DNA of 32,000 nt, taken from the NCBI GenBank assembly GCA_024275415.1, contig JAJRZD010000112.1, positions 1 to 32,000 of the forward strand. Reading direction: 5' to 3'. The notes below the pieces were generated by a model, which was not told the DNA's origin, did no database searches, and saw only the letters and a list, made by a program, of their open reading frames with translations. This document shows, piece by piece, positions 15,680 to 23,156 of this stretch. The translations under genes were made by a program, and so were the position numbers. Origin of the DNA: an archaeon (GTDB lineage: Archaea > Asgardarchaeota > Thorarchaeia > Thorarchaeales > Thorarchaeaceae). Numbering within the stretch: the first letter of the stretch is position 1; the number at the start of each line of letters is the position of its first letter.

Positions 15680-17860
15680 ATGCTGAAGGAGTTCACCTAT
15701 GACGTACCAAAGATAGAGCGCGGCTATGCCAATCAGACGCTCTACGTGAATTTGAGCACCAACGAGATCAAGGTCAAGCCTGTTGATGAGAAGATGAAAG
15801 AAACCTTCACTGGAGGAAAAGGCTTCGACCTGTGGCTTATGTGGAACGGGCTACCTAAAGACAAGGTTGTCAAATGGGATGATCCCGAGAATGAGATCTG
15901 TATCGCCTCAGGACCATTGGGAGGCGTGACCCAGTACCCGGGAGCTGGAAAATCAATCGTGACGACAATCTCGCCTATGACTGGTATCCCGATTGACTCT
16001 AATGTGGGAGGGTATTTTGGGCCCCACCTGAAGTTCAGTGGATTTGATGCCATGGAAATCCAGGGAAAGGCAAATTCTGATATCTATATCTTCATTGATG
16101 GAGATCACGGCAAGGTTCAGATATATGATGCCTCTGACCTTCCTGACACGGCCTACGAGATCACGCGGGTTCTTAGCGAAAGGCATACTGAAAAGGACGG
16201 TAAGGATCTGTCGGTGGTGTCAGCGGGACCTGGTGCTGAACATGCATGGATGGGGTGCCTGAACTTTAGCTGGTGGGATATGAGACGGAATATGCCTAGA
16301 TACAAGCAAGCAGGCCGTGGAGGAGTTGGTACTGTATTCCGTAACAAAAGAATCAAGGCTTTAGTCTGCAAGATTCAGAAAATCACACTAGATATGAACA
16401 ATCCTGCGGATCCGGATGGAGTAAAGAAGGTCGGTCGTGAGCATTCCAGCGAGATCCTCGAACTCGATTCAAAGCAGAACAGGATGCGTGTTGTTGGAAC
16501 TGGACACCTGCCCAGCATCATGGACGAGTTCGACCTACTGCCAACACGCAACTTTAGGACTGGAAGTGATCCTGAAGCGAAGAACCTGTTTGGCGATGTC
16601 TGGGAAAAGATATTCACGAATCCCGGAAAGGGCTGGGATGGATGTTGGAGACCCTGTGCCATCAATTGTTCACACTGCATTGAGGGCTTTGTCCCTAAAA
16701 CAGGGCCATTCAAAGGCAAGACTGTTCTGGTCGATGGGCCCGAGTACGAAACCATCGCTGGGTGTGGTTCTAATATTGGTGTGTTCGACCCTCACTATGT
16801 TGCAGAGATGAACTTTTACTGTGACGCCTATGGGATCGACACGATATCTTTTGGCACAACAATGGCATTCGTGATGGAACTCTTTGAAGAGGGATATATC
16901 GACGAGAAGGCTACTGGGGGACACAAGCTCACATGGGGCGCAGGAGAAGAGGCGTTAGCTGTCCTTCACGAGATTGCTGAGGGTAAGGGCTTTGGCGGTG
17001 AGCACTTTGGCAAGGGGACGCACTATCTCAAAGGCTACTTCAGAAAATTCGGTGTCGATGAACAGATCATGCAGGACATAGGGATGGAACATAAGGGTCT
17101 TGAATACTCCGAATACATGACCAAGGAAAGCCTTGCTCAACAGGGGGGTTACGGACTCGCCTTAAAAGGTCCACAGCATGATGAGGCATGGTTGATATTC
17201 CTTGACATGGTTCACAACTATATGCCAACTTTTGACCAGAAAGCAGAGGCACTTCACTGGTTCCCAATGTGGCGAACATGGTTCGGGTTGAACGGACTGT
17301 GTAAGCTACCGTGGAATGATGTCGTTCCTGCTGACAATGCTCAGACTGATGAGCCTGCAAAGGTTCCCAAGCATATTGAGTTCTATGCACGGTTCTTCGA
17401 AGCGATGACAGGACGTCCAACTAAGGGTGATGACCTCGTAGGCATGTCTGAGAAAGTCTACAACTTCCAGAGGATATTCAACATTCGCCAAGGCAAAGGG
17501 CTGCGAATAAATGACTCTTTCATCCCATACAGGAGCGCTGGACCTGTCACTGATTGGGAATATAAGTCACGACAGGAACGTTATGATACCCAACTCAAGG
17601 AGTCAGGAATCGATATTGATGGTATGACAACCACTGAGAAGAAAGACAAGCTACGAGAAATCCGGGAGGAACGTTACAGGCTCCTTACTGATGCGGCATA
17701 CAAACGGCGAGGCTGGACACGGAATGGCGTGCCCACATTGGACAAGGTAAAGGCACTTGGACTTGACTGGATCCCCGGACTTGTTGATATCGTGAAGAAG
17801 CATACAGAGTCACAGCCACCCAATGAAACACTTCCTGCTAGTGATGAGGCTTGGATGTGA
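15680..17860 (+). CDS. aor: Tungsten-dependent aldehyde:ferredoxin oxidoreductase superfamily enzyme
   Basis: GYANQTLYVNLS, SPMTG...SNVGG...LKFSGFDA, AGRGGVG, CWRPCAINC, PEYET, CDAYGIDTIS, GLCK. Start uncertain (ORF open from 15638); ATG 15680 follows GGTGA. Confidence 0.88.
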   Translation: MLKEFTYDVPKIERGYANQTLYVNLSTNEIKVKPVDEKMKETFTGGKGFDLWLMWNGLPKDKVVKWDDPENEICIASGPLGGVTQYPGAGKSIVTTISPMTGIPIDSNVGGYFGPHLKFSGFDAMEIQGKANSDIYIFIDGDHGKVQIYDASDLPDTAYEITRVLSERHTEKDGKDLSVVSAGPGAEHAWMGCLNFSWWDMRRNMPRYKQAGRGGVGTVFRNKRIKALVCKIQKITLDMNNPADPDGVKKVGREHSSEILELDSKQNRMRVVGTGHLPSIMDEFDLLPTRNFRTGSDPEAKNLFGDVWEKIFTNPGKGWDGCWRPCAINCSHCIEGFVPKTGPFKGKTVLVDGPEYETIAGCGSNIGVFDPHYVAEMNFYCDAYGIDTISFGTTMAFVMELFEEGYIDEKATGGHKLTWGAGEEALAVLHEIAEGKGFGGEHFGKGTHYLKGYFRKFGVDEQIMQDIGMEHKGLEYSEYMTKESLAQQGGYGLALKGPQHDEAWLIFLDMVHNYMPTFDQKAEALHWFPMWRTWFGLNGLCKLPWNDVVPADNAQTDEPAKVPKHIEFYARFFEAMTGRPTKGDDLVGMSEKVYNFQRIFNIRQGKGLRINDSFIPYRSAGPVTDWEYKSRQERYDTQLKESGIDIDGMTTTEKKDKLREIREERYRLLTDAAYKRRGWTRNGVPTLDKVKALGLDWIPGLVDIVKKHTESQPPNETLPASDEAWM

Positions 17861-17869
17861 GCTGAGAAC

Positions 17870-17904
17870 GGAGGTGATGGTATTCTATCCCCTCCTGTTT
17901 CTTT
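17870..17904 (+). terminator. Stem-loop plus U-rich tail after aor
   Basis: GGAGG-T-GATGG-TATT-CTATC-C-CCTCC hairpin followed by TGTTTCTTT, 9 nt after the aor stop. Confidence 0.55.
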
Positions 17905-18036
17905 ATTGCAGGCTAGAATGCAATGGACACTCTAGTGATATCATCTCAACTATCGGATTAGGAATGATTCGAGGTTTCATATCCTTCCTCAACGCAATCC
18001 CCGCAGTATATGAAGTAGTGGGCTTGACCTTCTTAT

Positions 18037-18399
18037 TCAATCTTCAACATACTTGTTTATGATGCTAATGAATTCGTCATAGCTGAATGGTTTCAAGAGA
18101 AAGTGCACTGAGCCTGCTTGTAGCGCTTCCTCTTGGACGGTTTCGTCCGCGCTGATGAAGAGCACTTTTGTGTCGTGCTTTATCTCAAGAATCTTCTTGG
18201 TAGCATTTACACCATCAATGACTGTCATCCTGTGATCCATGATGACCAAGTCAATCTCGTCCAAATGCTTCAAAAATAGCTCAACCGCTTCTAGTCCATT
18301 TATCGCCTGCGCGATTACCTTATGGTCTGTCATCTCCACGACATATTTCAGAAGGTTGTTCAGGTCTTTGTCATCATCAACAAGCAGGATCCGTGCCAT
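18037..18399 (-). CDS. Stand-alone response regulator receiver
   Basis: ILLVDDD, VIMDHRM, FISAD, LLKPF. Confidence 0.92.
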   Translation of the reverse strand: MARILLVDDDKDLNNLLKYVVEMTDHKVIAQAINGLEAVELFLKHLDEIDLVIMDHRMTVIDGVNATKKILEIKHDTKVLFISADETVQEEALQAGSVHFLLKPFSYDEFISIINKYVED

Positions 18400-18599
18400 T
18401 CTCTATAAACCTAAGCCATTCATTTAATGAACATTGTGGTTGTTACAGAGTTGGAAGGAGTCCAATCAGATGTCATACGACTGATAGTGTTAGAGATTCA
18501 GGTGTTAAAATTTCAGGCACATATCTATTTTTGTTTGTTTCAAACGGGAACTTCCTGCTGATTTTTCGCAGAGTCAGTTATTGTCTAAAACTCCAAGAG

Positions 18600-19070
18600 T
18601 CACAGAGTCAATCGCGCATGGCTATCTTGAGCGCTTTTCTTTAGCTCCTTTAACATCTTTACAATAAAAGGTGCGTCATCGCTATACAACTCAATAAGGG
18701 AGTCTATGTTAACCACGATTTCTTTCAGCTGATCCACCATCTTCTTGACCCCTATGGAGATGAGCGAGCTGGCTTCTTCATCAATTGAATATAGAATCCT
18801 TCTTCTGCCTCGACCAGTCTGTTTGTAATCCGCAGCACCATAGACTAGTCCTAGAGCCTCAAGCTGCGAAATGATGAGTCCTACATTACTTCGGGAGTAG
18901 TTTGTAAATTCGCAGATGTCGTCCACACTTAATCGTTCATTGGATTCATACTTGGCCACATAAAGGGAGGCAAGTACAGGTCCTGTATTCCTCGGCAGTC
19001 CCAACCAGTCTGATTGCTTTTCAAAGAACCTGACTAAGTCAGGATAATCATCTGTTGTTGATTGTTTCAT
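18600..19070 (-). CDS. GbsR/MarR-like winged-helix transcriptional regulator
   Basis: WLGLPRNTGPVLASLY, LSVDDICEFTNYSRSNVGLIISQLEALGLV HTH, wing GRGRRRILY. Confidence 0.8.
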   Translation of the reverse strand: MKQSTTDDYPDLVRFFEKQSDWLGLPRNTGPVLASLYVAKYESNERLSVDDICEFTNYSRSNVGLIISQLEALGLVYGAADYKQTGRGRRRILYSIDEEASSLISIGVKKMVDQLKEIVVNIDSLIELYSDDAPFIVKMLKELKKSAQDSHARLTL

Positions 19071-19140
19071 AAGAGAGTCCTCTCAATTTCCTTTTTTGAT
19101 TATTATCATATAAAACTGTCGTATTTGTGTTATTTATAAT

Positions 19141-22100
19141 CTAATTGGCAAGCACATCCTCATCTGGAATTATAATCTCGAACGTGGTTTGCTTGTCTTT
19201 GCCAAGTTGGATGGACCAGCCGTGAGATTCGATGATTTTTCGGACAATTTGTAATCCGAATCCCCGACGTGGATCTATTGTTGATATTCTTCTTGTGAAT
19301 ATATCATCACGGATATCATCAGGTATCTCTCGTCCATCATTGGCTATTGACAATATATACGAGGAGTCCTGCTTTTCACATCGGAAAAATATCTTCTGCG
19401 GTTTGCCATGCTGGAGTGCATTCTCCACAATATTTGTCAATGCTTGGGAAAGTTTACTTCTATCGCCAGTGATACGCAACTTGCAAGTGTTCTCAAAAGA
19501 AGTGCCTTCCGGGATTAGTGTTGATGCCATATTGTCTATCAGCAAATGCAAATCAATGTCTTGTTGCTTATCAACAGTAAGACCCGCGTCAGCTAGCATA
19601 ACAGAATGCTTGACCATCTCACTCATTTCGACAAGAATATTGTTCATCTTGTCGATTTGCTCTTTATTCTCAGATGATTCAATGAGTTTGGTCATCATCC
19701 TCAATTTCAGAACGAAGTTATTGATATCATGACCCATTGTATGAGCGAACTGACTCAGTTCTTCTCGTTGGTGCATCAACTCTCTTGTTGCCATAACCTG
19801 CTCAGTGATATCTCGCGAAACAGATACGAAGCCCTTGCCGTTCTCATGCAAAGATATCTTTGATGAAAACCAATGTTCACGACCTCGGATAACTACCGAA
19901 TACTCGACAAATTGGGGTTTCCCAGTCACTCTAACTCTCTCGAACGCCACATTGAATCTCTTCCCAACTTCCGGCCCTAGCACATCTGAAGGAGTTTTTC
20001 CTATGAATTCATCAGGAAACCTTGGTAAATCTACCTTGTCTGCATTGATAAGTTCGACATATCGATTGTTTTCATCAAATACGAATACGAGATCCGACAT
20101 TGAGTTCAGTATCATTTTATAACGCTCTTTTGATTCCTGTAATTTCCTCAATACCTCTTTCCTTTCAGTGATGTCAACAACACTAGCATTGATATGTTTC
20201 TGTCCTTCATATTCTAACAATGTTGTCGTAATCTCAACGTCAATGATACTACCATCATGTTTTTTCAATCTCGATTCGAATGTTAATGACTTCGCATTGT
20301 CGAGCTCCTTCTTTAACTTGGCCCATCGCTTATGATCGTATAAGATATCAATATCGTGGACGGTCATCTTCATTAGGTCATCTATCGAATATCCCAGCAT
20401 ATCCGCTGCGGCTTTGTTCACATACATGAAGCTAGCATTTGGACGCACCCAGTAAATAGGGATAGGCGATGTGTCCACGCTAAACTGTGTTAGCCTTAGC
20501 CTGTGTTCATGCCTCTTGATGTCAGACATGTCCTTGTTTACAATGACATATCCTATTGGCTTGCCATTATCATCCTTTATTTGGGATACAGAACCGGCAA
20601 TGTGTATCGTCCGTCCATCCTTTGTCTTCTGGATAGCCTCTCCCCGCCAGCCACCATTTTTCTTAATCTCTGACTTGACATCACTATCGGTCGTACCAGT
20701 TGGATATCGTAATGGACGAAGAACATCACCGGCAACTTTCCCAATGACCTCTTTAGATTTCCAGCCATACATGTTTTCAGCTGCTCTGTTCCATGTTTTG
20801 ATTATGAAATTCTCATCAGTAGAGATGACCGCGTCGCTTGCATTCTCCAGTAATGCTGCCTGCTCAAGGAGTTTCTGCTCTTGTTGCTTTTCAAACGTGA
20901 TATCTTGTAGATGGATTAGATTGCCAAAAGTGAGTCCTGTTGTAGGGTCTTTTAGCGGTGTGACTCTTGCATCCACAAACATCTTTCCGGTTTTTGAGGT
21001 CTGATATAATCCCTCTTTGTGAATGATGTCAAAATCAAAGATGTTGGTGAATCTTGATGGCTTCCCCTCTGTCAATGCTTCTTTTACATTGTCAGGCGTA
21101 TTTGGGTCTTTATGTAGATCGAACCCTATAAGTTCCTCTTTCTGACTAACCCCAAACATTTTCAGACCAGCAGGATTGATGTCAATGATTTTTCCCTTCT
21201 CGTCAACCAGTTCTATAGCGATAGGAGACTCCATGAACATCCTTGCGAATTTCTCCTTGGACTCGTGGAGATCCATCTCATACTTCTTCCTCTCAGTCGT
21301 ATTAATGAGGATGACCTGATATAGCGTGGAGCCGCCAATCTGAATTCGGGATATGGTGCATTGAACCCAAAGTTCTCTTTGCTTAGGATCAATAATCACG
21401 AACTCTATATTCGATTCCGCATCAGACCCCGTCAAGAACCGGTCTAGAAACGCTCTGACACGTTTTGAGTCCTTTGGATGGATATAATCCAGAAGCTGAC
21501 GGGTTGCGAGCTTGGTGCATTCCTCCAGGGGTTTCTCAAGAACTCTGCACACAAGAGGGTTCGCGTATGATATCCTGAGAGGGTTGCCTTCCAGCAGGAT
21601 GATTCCCATTGATGCCTGATCCACTAACGCCCGATACTTTTCTTCACTCTTGCTCAATTCTTCTTGAACTTGCCGTTGCTCACTTATGTCCTGTATCATT
21701 CCATATAGAATCTCAGGATCACCATCCGGAGAATATTGGATTGATATGTTCACATTTGTCCATATGATCTCGCCATTTTTCGAAAAAAACCTGTGTGGGG
21801 CATTAAAGACAGAGCCACCTGCGGCGATTACACTCATATATTTTTCATAGCTTGCTTTGAAATCTTCGCGATGGACAAGATCCTTCGGCATCATGGCCAG
21901 TATCTCTGTCCGTGAATAGCCCAGCATTGAGCAAAGAGCAGGGTTGGCATCTAGTATCAAACCATCGGGGCGATAGACCAAGATCCCTAAACCACTGTTC
22001 TCGAAAATCGTTCTGAATCGTTCCTCACTTTCCATGAGTGCATATCGATCTCGCTTCGATTCTGTGATATCCTCGACCATGTAAATGGTGAAGACAGGCT

Positions 22101-22824
22101 CTCCTTTTGAGTTCAGGACGGCCGATACACTGACTCGTCCCCAGATACGTTCATTATCCTTTTTCATAAGCTGCTTTTCCAGCTGGTAACTATCTCTTAT
22201 CCCCTGAACCATCTCTCTTGTTAACCTGCTCTCAAGTTCCTTCTCATCCCCTGTTGAGAACTCCAATATGTTCATGCCAGAGAGCTCTTCAAGCTCGAAA
22301 CCAAGCATTTGCGCTAATGCAAAGTTTGCCTCAAGGATATAGCCATCAATTGTCACTCGGGCAATCCCAACTGATGCCCACTCAAAGATTGCTCTGAAAC
22401 GAGATTCGCTTTCTTGTAACGCCTCCTCAATCTCCTTTTTTTCTACGGCATTCTTGATGTGATGGGCTAGCTCTTCGAATAGGTTCTCAAAATCCTCTAC
22501 ATCCTTCTTCAAGTAGAAGCTTGCTCCAAGATTCAAAGCACGAATTGCCACTTCCTCACGACTGCGTCCAGTAAACATTATGAATGGGATATCGCTGCCT
22601 GCACCGCGCAACCATTCCAAGAGCTCAAGGCCGTTCATTTCCCCTTCTCCTAAATGAAAGTCACAGACAATGGCATCAAAGCCTTCTGACTCGATCCGTC
22701 TAAGAGCGTCCTGTGCAGACACGGATAAGAAGGTCTTGAACTCCGGATGCTCCCGTGTCAAGAACCTCTCAATCAGTACGAGAAGATCCCTGTCGTCATC
22801 GACTATGAGTATCTGTATTGTCAT
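19141..22824 (-). CDS. Hybrid sensor kinase: REC + about 7 PAS/PAC + HisKA + HATPase_c
   Basis: ILIVDDD/IVCDF/MFTGR/YLKK receiver; seven PAS starts (RFRAIFE, RFRTIFE, KYRALVD, KFARMFM, LLENASD, FSVDTSP, RYKMILN); MGHDINN H-box; NIVENALQH; NDGREI; GFGL. Confidence 0.92.
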   Translation of the reverse strand: MTIQILIVDDDRDLLVLIERFLTREHPEFKTFLSVSAQDALRRIESEGFDAIVCDFHLGEGEMNGLELLEWLRGAGSDIPFIMFTGRSREEVAIRALNLGASFYLKKDVEDFENLFEELAHHIKNAVEKKEIEEALQESESRFRAIFEWASVGIARVTIDGYILEANFALAQMLGFELEELSGMNILEFSTGDEKELESRLTREMVQGIRDSYQLEKQLMKKDNERIWGRVSVSAVLNSKGEPVFTIYMVEDITESKRDRYALMESEERFRTIFENSGLGILVYRPDGLILDANPALCSMLGYSRTEILAMMPKDLVHREDFKASYEKYMSVIAAGGSVFNAPHRFFSKNGEIIWTNVNISIQYSPDGDPEILYGMIQDISEQRQVQEELSKSEEKYRALVDQASMGIILLEGNPLRISYANPLVCRVLEKPLEECTKLATRQLLDYIHPKDSKRVRAFLDRFLTGSDAESNIEFVIIDPKQRELWVQCTISRIQIGGSTLYQVILINTTERKKYEMDLHESKEKFARMFMESPIAIELVDEKGKIIDINPAGLKMFGVSQKEELIGFDLHKDPNTPDNVKEALTEGKPSRFTNIFDFDIIHKEGLYQTSKTGKMFVDARVTPLKDPTTGLTFGNLIHLQDITFEKQQEQKLLEQAALLENASDAVISTDENFIIKTWNRAAENMYGWKSKEVIGKVAGDVLRPLRYPTGTTDSDVKSEIKKNGGWRGEAIQKTKDGRTIHIAGSVSQIKDDNGKPIGYVIVNKDMSDIKRHEHRLRLTQFSVDTSPIPIYWVRPNASFMYVNKAAADMLGYSIDDLMKMTVHDIDILYDHKRWAKLKKELDNAKSLTFESRLKKHDGSIIDVEITTTLLEYEGQKHINASVVDITERKEVLRKLQESKERYKMILNSMSDLVFVFDENNRYVELINADKVDLPRFPDEFIGKTPSDVLGPEVGKRFNVAFERVRVTGKPQFVEYSVVIRGREHWFSSKISLHENGKGFVSVSRDITEQVMATRELMHQREELSQFAHTMGHDINNFVLKLRMMTKLIESSENKEQIDKMNNILVEMSEMVKHSVMLADAGLTVDKQQDIDLHLLIDNMASTLIPEGTSFENTCKLRITGDRSKLSQALTNIVENALQHGKPQKIFFRCEKQDSSYILSIANDGREIPDDIRDDIFTRRISTIDPRRGFGLQIVRKIIESHGWSIQLGKDKQTTFEIIIPDEDVLAN

Positions 22825-23043
22825 GCAACCACCTCTTACCGGAAGTTGAATCAGCTGAGGTTGAGGAAACGTATCAAGTACTGCTGATGGCGTAGTACCC
22901 TAATCTCACTTTCACATCGCCCTCCCTTTAATAAAATAATTCCGTCTAGGATATTTGAGAAAATATTATACCGGAAATTAGGAACCGTTTTCGCTTAATA
23001 TGAACAAAAAACAAGTCCATCAACAAAGGTTTTTTATTTTCTT

Positions 23044-23064
23044 TATGTAATGATTTATTACATA
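23044..23064. promoter_or_regulatory. 8-bp inverted repeat TATGTAAT-N5-ATTACATA in the divergent promoter of two kinases
   Basis: Read directly; AT-rich intergenic region between head-to-head genes. Confidence 0.45.
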
Positions 23065-23156
23065 TAATATTGTAAAAAATGGTGATAATAAGACTTGTAA
23101 TGAGGCTTACTTGTGCATCGCAATGACATTATGAACAATGATCAGCCATCGCGAGT

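Noticed and set aside
17823-18062. Plus-strand ORF with a GGAGGTGA SD-like sequence after aor
   Set aside because: The SD-like sequence abuts the ATG and is better explained as the 5' arm of a terminator hairpin; the ORF overlaps a convergent gene and has no recognizable motifs.
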